A stretch of 60,820 nt of DNA from Acidimicrobiia bacterium (GTDB lineage Bacteria > Actinomycetota > Acidimicrobiia > IMCC26256 > PALSA-555): contig SHUY01000002.1 of assembly GCA_009694435.1 (NCBI GenBank), forward strand, positions 1 to 60,820, written 5' to 3'. Every line of letters starts with the position of its first letter. Positions within the stretch are counted from its first letter, which is position 1. Below, piece after piece: positions 51,947 to 60,778 of this stretch. The position numbers were made by a program, and so were the translations under genes. The notes beneath the pieces are model-generated. The model did no database searches. It had not been told where the DNA came from and saw only the letters and a list, made by a program, of their open reading frames with translations.

Positions 51947-52843
51947 TGCTTTCGCCCGTAGATATCGCCCTGATCGGTCACCCCGGCGGGCCAAGAGGTA
52001 TTATTCATAATGAAACATCTTCCCACTTCCTGACGATTGAAGTTCATGCGGCCATTTTCCTCAACGCCTATTTCGCGCCCGCGCGCCCTGCGGCCCCGTT
52101 TCGTTACCGCCGTTATCTTATTGGCCCTCCTCGGAGCCGCCTGCCTGCCCGTAGCCCCGCAACCCCCGACCGTGGTTGTCTACGGTGATTCCCTCTCGAG
52201 TGAGGCCAGCGGGCAACTTGATAACCAACTGCAAACCGCTTTCCCCGGCTGGCGAGTAATAGTGAGATCCCAAGGGGGCGCGGCCTTGTGCGACTTTAAG
52301 TCGAATATGCAAGATGACGCCAACCTTGAAGCCGACTTAGTAATCATTCAATTTAGCGGCAACTTTTTCACTCCCTGCACTAATCAGCGCAGCGACGGTT
52401 ACTTTTTTGATACCGCGTGGGCGATAAATCTATGGCACGAACGCAACACTCCAGTTTTATTTGTAGGCGGACTCTCTCGTGTCGGGCAGCCCGCGAGTAT
52501 CGGGACGACTGGGGGCGTCTACAAATGGTGGGCCAAACAAACCGCCGCTTGGGGTACCCGTTTCGTTGACGCCAGTACCTTCTTAGTCGAAGACGGAATT
52601 TATAAACAAACTCTTCCGTGTTACGCCTCCGAAGAAGAAAGTTGTACTGCGGATAACGATCGCATCAACGTGCGTTCTTCCGATGGTTTTCATTTATGCA
52701 ATACTCCTGGCTCGGGAGGGTTGGGAAACATGCCTTGCCCCGACTACGCGTCGGGAGCCTACCGATTCGCGTTAGCCATCGTGCGCGCCGCCGCAGCCAT
52801 GATACCGGGCGCAATTATTCCCAGCGTTCCTGGCCCAGTCACT
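51698..52843. repeat. tandem segmental duplication, copy 1 (1146 bp)
   Basis: By-eye alignment with 52844-53988 shows about 94-95 percent identity. It spans the 5' end of iscS, the divergent spacer and most of the SGNH gene. Confidence 0.9.
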
Positions 52844-52852
52844 TACCGCTAG
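52046..52852 (+). CDS. secreted SGNH/GDSL-family hydrolase, C-terminally truncated paralogue created by the duplication junction
   Basis: Signal/TM segment FVTAVILLALLGAACLP. SGNH blocks are present: VYGDSLS, SQGGAAL, FSGNFF and DGFHLC. The frame runs 2 codons past the junction at 52843/52844 and then hits TAG. Confidence 0.75.
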   Translation: MRPFSSTPISRPRALRPRFVTAVILLALLGAACLPVAPQPPTVVVYGDSLSSEASGQLDNQLQTAFPGWRVIVRSQGGAALCDFKSNMQDDANLEADLVIIQFSGNFFTPCTNQRSDGYFFDTAWAINLWHERNTPVLFVGGLSRVGQPASIGTTGGVYKWWAKQTAAWGTRFVDASTFLVEDGIYKQTLPCYASEEESCTADNDRINVRSSDGFHLCNTPGSGGLGNMPCPDYASGAYRFALAIVRAAAAMIPGAIIPSVPGPVTYR

Positions 52853-53092
52853 GTTGTCGGACTCGGTTCCTCCGCCAGTAAAAATAACTTCACTCGAATC
52901 GGCCCCTAAGGCACTCGCCACTTGTTCGCGCGCTTCTTCGAGCGCCGTCTTGGCTGACCGCGCCGCGGCATGACTCCCGGACGGATTGGCAAACGATTCC
53001 CTAAGAAATGGCAACATCGCGTCTACCGCTTCGGCCCGCATAGGCGTGCTGGCGGCATAATCCATATACAGAATATCTAAATCCTTCAACAT
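52844..53092 (-). pseudogene. 5' fragment (~83 codons) of cysteine desulfurase, duplicated copy
   Basis: MLKDLDILYMDYAASTPMRAEAVDAM...TESDNLAV is near-identical to the iscS N-terminus. Homology ends at the duplication junction, and the PLP-lysine region is absent. Confidence 0.85.
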
Positions 53093-53989
53093 TGCTTTCG
53101 CCCGTAAATATCGGTATGATCGATAACCCCGGCGGGCCAAGAGGTGTTATTCATAATGAAACATCTTCCCACTTCCTGACGATTGAAGTTCATGCGGCCA
53201 TTTTCCTCAACGCCTATTTCGCGCCCGCGCGCCCTGCGGCCCCGTTTCGTTACTGCCGTTATCTTATTGGCCCTCCTCGGAGCCGCCTGCCTGCCCGTAG
53301 CCCCGCAACCCCCGACCGTGATTGTCTACGGTGATTCCCTCTCGAGTGAGGCCAGCGGGCAACTTGATAGCCAACTGCAAACCGCTTTCCCCGGTTGGCG
53401 AGTAGTAATTGAAAGTCAAGGAGGCGCGGCCTTGTGCGACTTTAAGTCAAATATGCAAGATGACGCCAACCTTGAAGCCGACTTAGTAATCGTTCAATTT
53501 AGCGGCAACTTTTTCACTCCCTGTATAAGAAACCCGGGCTTCGGAAATTACTTTTGGGATGCCGGGTGGACGATAAATCTGTGGCACGAACGCAACACTC
53601 CAGTTTTATTTGTAGGCGGGCTTTCTGGTGTCGGGCAGCCCGCAGGTATCGGGACAACTGGGGGAACATTTAAATGGTGGGCCGAATACACCGCCGCTTG
53701 GGGTACCCGTTTCGTTGACGCCAGTACCTTCTTAGTCGAAGACGGAATTCATAAACAAACTCTTCCGTGTTACGCCTCCGAAGAAGAAAGTTGTACTGCG
53801 GATAACGATCGCATCAACGTGCGCAACACCGACGGTGGTCATTTATGCAATACTCCTGTCTCGGGAGGGTTGGGAAACGTGCCTTGCCCCGACTACGCGT
53901 CGGGAGCCTACCGATTCGCGTTAGCCATCGTGCGCGCCGCCGCAGCCATGATACCGGGAGCGATTATTCCCGGCGTTCCTAGCCCAGTA
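52844..53989. repeat. tandem segmental duplication, copy 2
   Basis: See copy 1. It has a 3-nt indel relative to copy 1, and homology ends after CCCAGT at about 53988. Confidence 0.9.
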
Positions 53990-54274
53990 GCCCCGAGAGT
54001 GGCGATCCCTGATTTCGCTAATGCACCCACCGCCTACGCCGCGGCCGAAAGCACTCTGCTCGGTCTCGGTCTCGTACCTAGCCAAACGGGTGAAGCCAGC
54101 CCCACCGTGGCCGTGGGAGATGTAGTGCGAACTAATCCGGCCGCGGGACAAAAACTGCGCCCCGGAAAGCCCATCACCGTCTACGTAAGTACCGGCCCCT
54201 CTGTCACCACCACCACCAGCACCACCAGCACCACCACTACCACCAGCACCACCACTACCACCCTCGGTGGCTAA
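53192..54274 (+). CDS. secreted SGNH/GDSL-family hydrolase with a C-terminal PASTA-like domain and Thr/Ser-rich tail
   Basis: Same N-terminal 266 aa as the paralogue. It then continues with IPDFANAPTAYAAAESTLLGLGLVPS...GKPITVYVSTGP (PASTA-like) and TTTTSTTSTTTTTSTTTTT. Confidence 0.8.
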   Translation: MRPFSSTPISRPRALRPRFVTAVILLALLGAACLPVAPQPPTVIVYGDSLSSEASGQLDSQLQTAFPGWRVVIESQGGAALCDFKSNMQDDANLEADLVIVQFSGNFFTPCIRNPGFGNYFWDAGWTINLWHERNTPVLFVGGLSGVGQPAGIGTTGGTFKWWAEYTAAWGTRFVDASTFLVEDGIHKQTLPCYASEEESCTADNDRINVRNTDGGHLCNTPVSGGLGNVPCPDYASGAYRFALAIVRAAAAMIPGAIIPGVPSPVAPRVAIPDFANAPTAYAAAESTLLGLGLVPSQTGEASPTVAVGDVVRTNPAAGQKLRPGKPITVYVSTGPSVTTTTSTTSTTTTTSTTTTTLGG

Positions 54275-54376
54275 TTATTGATCTCGATTAAGCCGAGATG
54301 GACTTTGGGTAGCAAAAGCGGAAAAAAATAATAACTTGCCGGAATAAATGTCACACCCGCAAGCGATACTCCTTAC

Positions 54377-54610
54377 ATGACCAAACAGCTGCGCCTCGTA
54401 GAAACCAGCCTCGCCATGACCCGGCCGGAAAACGCTAAAACGAAAGAGCGCTCACCCGCCAAACGCCGAACAGCGCGCGTCTACACCTCTTGGCCCTTAA
54501 ACGACCACACCCGCCAAGTAGGACAACTCGGAGTGGCCGCGGCTCGACGAGCACTCGCCCAAAGCGAAACTAAACCGCAAAGTTCTGAGCCTCAGCGTCG
54601 TGCCAGTTAA
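54377..54610 (+). CDS. hypothetical small basic protein
   Basis: 77-aa ORF with no clear SD and no recognisable motif. It is retained only because the spacer is otherwise empty. Confidence 0.3.
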   Translation: MTKQLRLVETSLAMTRPENAKTKERSPAKRRTARVYTSWPLNDHTRQVGQLGVAAARRALAQSETKPQSSEPQRRAS

Positions 54611-54635
54611 GCGCGCAACTAAATACCGCGCTTAA
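54607..54635. terminator. 9-bp inverted repeat TTAAGCGCG-N11-CGCGCTTAA spanning both convergent stop codons
   Basis: Perfect stem at 54607-54615 and 54627-54635. There is no U-tract, so the terminator function is uncertain. Confidence 0.35.
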
Positions 54636-56047
54636 CTAGCTGCGGTAGTAGTAGTCACTGCGGCCAGTGCAGTGGTGGTGGCAATAGTGGTAGTGGTGGC
54701 AATAGTGGTAGTGGTGGTGGTAGGCGGAATGACAATCCCCGATTGCACTTGGCTACGGATTGAATCAAGTTGCGGATAAAACGCATTACCGGGACACGCA
54801 GTGGTATCAACGTCTCGATGACCCAATATCGCGCTAGCAAATGAGACTACGGTCCCTGGCCCCCAGCGCACACAATTACACGACGAACCTTGGGCCGTAG
54901 TCGAAAATCCGAGCGCGGGGTTAATGCGGGCCACCGACAATCGCCACCGCAGCAAATGCACTAAAGAGTTCCACTGGGCCGCGGGAGGTTGAATATCGGT
55001 GTAGTTGCCGAACATCGCCACTCCCACTGAAGCGGTATTAAATCCTCCGGCGTGAGCCGCATTGACCGCTCGGTCAATTCCGCCGGCTCGCCCCTCAAAA
55101 ATCTGTCCGTATTTATCAATCAAAAAGTTATAAGCGATATCGCAATACCCGAGAGCATCCATATGATAATTCTGAATCCCTCGCATAATCGCGGGGCTAT
55201 CCCCGGGGTTGTAGTTATTGCTGCCCGCGGTGTGGTGCACCACTGCGAATTTAAGTGCCGGAGCATAGTCAACCGACCCACAAGCAAAGCCGCGCGCGCC
55301 CCAACCCGACCGCCCAGTAATGGCGGGCTGTACTGATCCGTCCAGCGGAGTTGGCGCGGGTGGTGCGGGTGGCCGACAAGCAGCGAACAACAACGCGCTA
55401 ATGGCGGCAAGGGCAAAAATTTGCATTCGGTGGCGCCGAGGGGACCAGCCCAACGCTATTACTGCTAGCGCCACGGCAATCAACAACAGCGCTCCTCCAA
55501 ACGCGTACCGCTCGGTACCGCTCGGTAGCGACAAAGCCGAAGCTAACGCTCCCGCCGCTCCACTTGGAGCACCGGCAACTTCCGAAGTCACCGCGTTGAT
55601 TTTTATGTCACTTACTTCGCCCGCTTCTACCACTACGCGTACTGCCGTAGCGTCACTACCAATCCAAACTGGTTCGGTGCCCTGATCGCCCACGGCCTCC
55701 ACTCGAGCGGCCTCGGCCGTGCCCGCATCAGCCCCAAGGTCGTTAGCAAGGCCGCTTGCGGTCGTCCAGTTACCATCAGAATCTTGAACTTCAACTTTAA
55801 AACTGGCGGCGGGGTCACCTTCCCACGCAACCCCAACCAAAGTGGCGTCAGTCGGCGTGATCGGTGATTCCCAACCCGGCCCCACTTCAACTCCGGGGGT
55901 CGCAACCGGAACTTCTTCACTCGTCACCGGCGGGGGGGGCGTATTTTCGAGCGCGAGCACCGGCGTGCCGATAAGCACGAGCGCTAGAGCTGGGACGAGA
56001 AGTAAGCGGCGCAAGGTGTCCTCTAATTCATCAGGGAAATGGGTCAT
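54632..56047 (-). CDS. N-acetylmuramoyl-L-alanine amidase (amidase_2/PGRP domain) in a composite ORF with an N-terminal exported domain
   Basis: Amidase_2 motifs VVHHTAGSN, YHMDALGYCDIAYNFLID and HAGGFN. N-terminal signal peptide. There is an internal tripartite sorting-like signal and a lipobox (LLFAAC) after Met208 (ATG at 55426). The C-terminal tail is Thr-rich. Confidence 0.8.
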   Translation of the reverse strand: MTHFPDELEDTLRRLLLVPALALVLIGTPVLALENTPPPPVTSEEVPVATPGVEVGPGWESPITPTDATLVGVAWEGDPAASFKVEVQDSDGNWTTASGLANDLGADAGTAEAARVEAVGDQGTEPVWIGSDATAVRVVVEAGEVSDIKINAVTSEVAGAPSGAAGALASALSLPSGTERYAFGGALLLIAVALAVIALGWSPRRHRMQIFALAAISALLFAACRPPAPPAPTPLDGSVQPAITGRSGWGARGFACGSVDYAPALKFAVVHHTAGSNNYNPGDSPAIMRGIQNYHMDALGYCDIAYNFLIDKYGQIFEGRAGGIDRAVNAAHAGGFNTASVGVAMFGNYTDIQPPAAQWNSLVHLLRWRLSVARINPALGFSTTAQGSSCNCVRWGPGTVVSFASAILGHRDVDTTACPGNAFYPQLDSIRSQVQSGIVIPPTTTTTTIATTTTIATTTALAAVTTTTAAS

Positions 56048-56156
56048 AAGGCCGCTTTCGCGACCGTTCCTCCACCGGTCAATAGTCTCTCACGCCCCAT
56101 TAGCCCCACGCAAGGCCAAATCTGAGCCTATGGGCGCTGGGGTCTAGCGTTTAGGT

Positions 56157-58304
56157 ATGGCTAATAAACGAAAGATCAGCCCCGACCTCGCGGGATGGCG
56201 CGCGCGAGCGGAAAAAGAACTCAAAGGCGACGACCCCGATCGACTCACCTGGACCACTCCCGAAGGAATAGCCGTGGCCCCTATTTACAGTTCGGCCGAC
56301 CTCGAAGGGCTCGAGGCCATCAACTCCATGCCCGGTGAAGCACCTTACCTGCGCGGCGTGCGCTCCACTATGTACACCAACCGCCCGTGGACAATTCGTC
56401 AGTACGCCGGATTTTCTACCGCCGAAGAATCAAACGCGTTTTACCGCGCCAATTTAGCCGCCGGACAAATGGGGCTTTCGGTTGCCTTCGATCTTGCTAC
56501 TCACCGCGGCTACGACAGCGACCATCCACGCGTTACTGGCGATGTAGGTAAAGCCGGAGTGGCAATCGATTCAGTCGAAGACATGAAAATTCTTTTCGCA
56601 GATATCCCCCTTGACAAAATGTCCGTGTCGATGACCATGAACGGCGCCGTCTTGCCCGTACTCGCGAGTTACATCGTGGCTGGAGAAGAACAAGGGGTCA
56701 GTCCAGAAAAACTTTCGGGCACTATCCAAAATGACATCCTCAAAGAATTCATGGTGCGCAACACTTACATCTATCCCCCCGAACCCAGCATGCGTATCGT
56801 CGCCGACATCATTACTTACACCGCCACCAATATGCCCAAGTTCAACTCCATTTCGATCTCGGGCTACCACATGCACGAAGCCGGGGCGACCGCCGTACAA
56901 GAACTCGCCTTCACCTTGGCCGACGGGCTCGAATACGTCCGCTCAGCCTTAGACCGGGGACTCGACGTTGACCTCTTCGCCGGTCGACTCTCGTTTTTCT
57001 TTGGCATCGGCATGAACTTTTTCATGGAAGTAGCCAAACTACGAGCCGCCCGCTTGCTCTGGACTCGCATTATGAGCCAGTTCAACCCCACCCAACCGGC
57101 TTCGCTCATGTTGCGCACCCACTGTCAAACCTCGGGCGTGTCCCTCACCGAACAAGACCCGTACAACAACATCGTGCGCACCACCGTCGAAGCACTCGCC
57201 GCGGTACTCGGTGGCACCCAGAGCCTGCATACCAACAGTTTCGATGAAGCCATTGCCTTGCCCAGCGACTTCGCCGCCCGTATTGCTCGTAACACCCAAC
57301 TCATCTTGGCCGAAGAAACTGGCATCACTCATGTGGTCGACCCCCTCGGCGGTTCGTACTACATCGAATCGCTCACCCATGCGCTGGCTAGTCACGCGTG
57401 GGCCATCATCGAAGAAGTTGAAGCCCTCGGGGGGATGACTAAAGCAGTCGAATCAGGAATGCCCAAGTTGCGCATCGAAGAAGCGGCCGCGCGTCGCCAA
57501 GCCGCGGTCGACAAGGGAGAAGCGGTAACCGTAGGGGTAAATAAATACCGGCTCGAAAACGAAGACCCCATTGAATCGCGTGAAATCGACAACACGGCCG
57601 TGCGAGCGGCTCAGATCGCTCGTCTCGCCCAAGTGCGGGCTAATCGGGACGAGGCGCTTTGCCGCGAAGCACTAGCGCGACTCACCCAAGGGGCTCGAGG
57701 CGACGCCAACTTGCTCGAACTTGCCATCGAGGCCACCCGAGCCCGGGCCACCGTAGGCGAGATATCTGATGCCCTTGAAGAAGTGTTCACCCGTCACCGT
57801 GCTCAAGTCCGTACCATCGCGGGGGTGTACGGAGATGCTTACGAAGGTGACGAAGAGTACGCCCAGGTTCGCGCCGCGGTGGAAGAGTTCGCGGTGGACC
57901 AAGGGCGACGCCCGCGCCTACTAGTCGCCAAAATGGGACAAGACGGCCACGACCGAGGCGCCAAAGTAATCGCCACCGCTTTCGCCGACTTAGGTTTCGA
58001 TGTTGATGTCGGCACGCTGTTCCAAACCCCCGAAGAAGTAGCCCGCGACGCCGTCGAAAACGATGTCCACCTAGTGGGTGTGAGCAGCCAAGCCGCCGGT
58101 CATAAAACTTTGGTCCCAGAATTAATTGCTGAACTCAAAAAAGCTGGCGGCAACGACATCCTCGTGGTCTGTGGCGGAGTAATCCCCGCGAGCGACTACG
58201 AGTTCTTGCGCTCCGCCGGAGTTTCCGCCATCTTCGGACCGGGCACCAACATCCCCGACGCGGCGCGCGAAGTACTCGCCCTCCTTCGCCCCCCTACTAA
58301 ATAA
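56157..58304 (+). CDS. methylmalonyl-CoA mutase, large subunit with fused B12-binding domain
   Basis: 715 aa with the mutase core ([13 protein letters not shown]) and the C-terminal DxHxxG motif ([10 protein letters not shown]). TAGCGT hexamer 6 nt upstream of the ATG. Confidence 0.9.
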   Translation: MANKRKISPDLAGWRARAEKELKGDDPDRLTWTTPEGIAVAPIYSSADLEGLEAINSMPGEAPYLRGVRSTMYTNRPWTIRQYAGFSTAEESNAFYRANLAAGQMGLSVAFDLATHRGYDSDHPRVTGDVGKAGVAIDSVEDMKILFADIPLDKMSVSMTMNGAVLPVLASYIVAGEEQGVSPEKLSGTIQNDILKEFMVRNTYIYPPEPSMRIVADIITYTATNMPKFNSISISGYHMHEAGATAVQELAFTLADGLEYVRSALDRGLDVDLFAGRLSFFFGIGMNFFMEVAKLRAARLLWTRIMSQFNPTQPASLMLRTHCQTSGVSLTEQDPYNNIVRTTVEALAAVLGGTQSLHTNSFDEAIALPSDFAARIARNTQLILAEETGITHVVDPLGGSYYIESLTHALASHAWAIIEEVEALGGMTKAVESGMPKLRIEEAAARRQAAVDKGEAVTVGVNKYRLENEDPIESREIDNTAVRAAQIARLAQVRANRDEALCREALARLTQGARGDANLLELAIEATRARATVGEISDALEEVFTRHRAQVRTIAGVYGDAYEGDEEYAQVRAAVEEFAVDQGRRPRLLVAKMGQDGHDRGAKVIATAFADLGFDVDVGTLFQTPEEVARDAVENDVHLVGVSSQAAGHKTLVPELIAELKKAGGNDILVVCGGVIPASDYEFLRSAGVSAIFGPGTNIPDAAREVLALLRPPTK

Positions 58305-58324
58305 ATTTCGCCCCGAGTTACCCC

Positions 58325-59290
58325 ATGAGCCAACTCGCCCACGATCTTCTCGCTCACGACCGGCGAGCGTTAGCCCGAGCGATCACTCTCGTCGAATCAA
58401 CTCGCCCCGATCATCGCAATGAGTCCGATGAGTTGCTGGCCGAGATCATCGCCCACACCGGCGGATCGATACGCGTCGGAATTTCCGGAGCGCCCGGTGC
58501 AGGAAAATCCACCCTCATCGAAACGCTCGGGCTGAATCTCGTCGCGGCCGGTCATCGGGTGGCGGTCTTGGCCGTCGACCCGTCGAGCACGCTCAGCGGA
58601 GGATCGATCTTGGGCGACAAAACTCGTATGGACGAACTCGTGCGCCAAGAAGAAGCGTTCATCCGGCCTTCGCCCACCGGCGGAACTCTCGGCGGAGTCG
58701 CGCGCCGCACTCGAGAGGCAATGTTGTGCTGCGAGGCAGCCGGGTTCGATGTAGTGATCGTCGAAACCGTTGGCGTTGGTCAATCCGAGGTTGCGGTGGA
58801 AAGCATGGTCGACTGCTTTGCCCTCATCATCGCCCCGGGTGGAGGCGACGAGTTGCAAGGCATCAAACGAGGGATCGTCGAACTGGCCGATCTAGTGATC
58901 GTCAACAAGGCTGACGGCGACATGGCCGCGGTGGCGAAGTCCACTAGCGCAGATTACGCCAACGCCTTACACCTCTTGCGCCCCAAAACCAACGCCTGGA
59001 ACGCTCGCACGGTGTTGTGCTCCGCGCTCGAAAAACGCGGCATCGACGATGTGTGGACCGCCATCGCCGACCACCAAGAAACCATTCGCGCCTCGGGCGA
59101 TCTTGATATCCGACGCTCCGAACAATCACGCTCGTGGCTCTGGAGTGAAATCAGTGAATCACTAATCGACCGCTTGCGCGCTGACGCTCAAGTTGCTGCC
59201 GTGATCGCCGAAGTCGAAGCCGCCGTAGTAGCCGGAACTTTACCCGCTTCAGTCGCCGCAACGCGCGTGCTCGACCAGTTTTCCAACTAA
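58325..59290 (+). CDS. meaB: methylmalonyl-CoA mutase-associated GTPase
   Basis: P-loop GAPGAGKSTLIE and NKAD motif. It lies immediately downstream of the mutase. Confidence 0.9.
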   Translation: MSQLAHDLLAHDRRALARAITLVESTRPDHRNESDELLAEIIAHTGGSIRVGISGAPGAGKSTLIETLGLNLVAAGHRVAVLAVDPSSTLSGGSILGDKTRMDELVRQEEAFIRPSPTGGTLGGVARRTREAMLCCEAAGFDVVIVETVGVGQSEVAVESMVDCFALIIAPGGGDELQGIKRGIVELADLVIVNKADGDMAAVAKSTSADYANALHLLRPKTNAWNARTVLCSALEKRGIDDVWTAIADHQETIRASGDLDIRRSEQSRSWLWSEISESLIDRLRADAQVAAVIAEVEAAVVAGTLPASVAATRVLDQFSN

Positions 59291-59367
59291 CTCCTCTCGT
59301 TTTCGTAACCCACCCCCCGCTCTCGGGTCGACTCGGCACTAACCGGTTCAAACCTTTGGAGGCGGCT

Positions 59368-59958
59368 ATGCCCAAAACTCTCACCATTCGCCCTTGGCCT
59401 GACCCTGTACTCGACACCACCGGCCACGACCCTCGTTCGCCCTACGCCGAATCGTTTTGGCTCCCTACTCTCGGGCCCAGCGCCCTTCTACTTCTCCGCC
59501 ACTTAGCCGCCCGCTTTGAAACTCACCCCGCCGGCATCGAGTTGCCCATCGCCGACACTTCCGCATCGCTTAAAGTCAGCGATCGCCCAGGCAGCAACTC
59601 CCCCATCGTTCGATCTCTCACTCGACTTGTTGTGTTCGGTCTCGCCGGCAACGACGGCGCCACCGCCATTGCCGTGCGGCGCCATTTGCCCTCTCTCGGT
59701 GTGCGTCAACTGCGCCACTTACCCGCAGCGCGTCGAGCCGCTCACGCCCAGTGGTCGCACACTCCCCAACGCAAGTCACCCCTCCAACAAGCCCAGCGCC
59801 GCGCCCGACGAATGGCCCTAGTCCTTATAGAACAAGGGGACAATCCCGACCACGTCGAGCGAGTTCTGGCATCCACCGGCTTTCATCCCACCTTGTGCCG
59901 CAGCTCTGCTCTCTGGGCCCACGCCCAATGGAGTGAATTCACCCGCACCGCTTCATAA
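59368..59958 (+). CDS. hypothetical protein
   Basis: ATG with a GGAGG SD; 196 aa. The N-terminal segment DPRSPYAESFWLPTLGPSALLLLRHL gives no assignable family by eye. Confidence 0.6.
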   Translation: MPKTLTIRPWPDPVLDTTGHDPRSPYAESFWLPTLGPSALLLLRHLAARFETHPAGIELPIADTSASLKVSDRPGSNSPIVRSLTRLVVFGLAGNDGATAIAVRRHLPSLGVRQLRHLPAARRAAHAQWSHTPQRKSPLQQAQRRARRMALVLIEQGDNPDHVERVLASTGFHPTLCRSSALWAHAQWSEFTRTAS

Positions 59959-60751
59959 TTTACGGCCTACGCTCAAGGGCGTGGACGAGACCGTAACCGA
60001 AATCGCGCGGTGGATGCACGACGCTTCGCGAATCGTAATTCTCACTGGCGCGGGAATCTCAACCGAATCGGGCATCCCCGATTTTCGTGGCCCTAAAGGT
60101 TTGTGGACCACCAATCCCGACGCCGAAAAAACCTCCACTCTCCAGCACTACGTCGCCGACGAAGAAGTTCGCCAGCGGGCGTGGCAAAACCGCCTCGACA
60201 GTGCCATGTGGAATGCCGAACCCAACGCGGGACACTACGCCATCGCCGAATTAGAAAACCTCGTTGCCCTTGACACCCTCGTAACCCAAAACATCGACGG
60301 CCTTCACCAACGCTCTGGCTTTTCGCCCGACCGCATCGTCGAGATTCACGGCACCGTGCTCGACGCCAAATGTCTCGCGTGTGGCTGGAGGGGCCCAATG
60401 GGTCCGGTGCTCGATCGAGTGCGCGCCGGCGAACTCGACCCACCCTGTCAAGAGTGTGGCGGCATGCTCAAATCAGCCACCATTAGTTTCGGCGAAAATC
60501 TTGTCGTAGCCGATCTCGCTCGCAGCGAACAGGCGGCCCGCGAATCAGATTTTTTCCTCGCCGTCGGAACCTCGCTTGGGGTCTACCCGGTCGCCGCCCT
60601 GCCGGGCACCGCGCTCAGTGCGGGTGCCCGCTTGGTCGTATTGAACGGTGAGCCCACGCCGTACGACCACCTCGCGAGCGCAGTACTCCACGAACCGTTA
60701 GGTGAGGTTTTACCCGCCCTGGTGGCCTCTCTAAATAACGACTTTGGCTAA
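59933..60751 (+). CDS. cobB: NAD-dependent protein deacylase (Sir2 family)
   Basis: GAGISTESGIPDFRG, QNIDGLH and Zn-ribbon CxxC...CxxC motifs. The start is ambiguous: GTG 59933 overlaps the upstream gene, while GTG 59981 does not. Confidence 0.85.
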   Translation: MNSPAPLHNLRPTLKGVDETVTEIARWMHDASRIVILTGAGISTESGIPDFRGPKGLWTTNPDAEKTSTLQHYVADEEVRQRAWQNRLDSAMWNAEPNAGHYAIAELENLVALDTLVTQNIDGLHQRSGFSPDRIVEIHGTVLDAKCLACGWRGPMGPVLDRVRAGELDPPCQECGGMLKSATISFGENLVVADLARSEQAARESDFFLAVGTSLGVYPVAALPGTALSAGARLVVLNGEPTPYDHLASAVLHEPLGEVLPALVASLNNDFG

Positions 60752-60778
60752 TCCCTACTCTCACGGTAGGATTTAAAG

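Noticed and set aside
56048-56156. Possible cobalamin riboswitch upstream of the B12-dependent mutase
   Set aside because: It is only 109 nt and has no GCCACTG B12-box. The gene appears to have a leaderless-type start, leaving no room for an aptamer.
60752-60778. Hairpin after the Sir2 gene as a possible terminator
   Set aside because: Only a 5-bp stem (CCTAC/GTAGG) is present, with no convincing U-tract. The TAGGAT in it fits better as the -10 element of the next gene.
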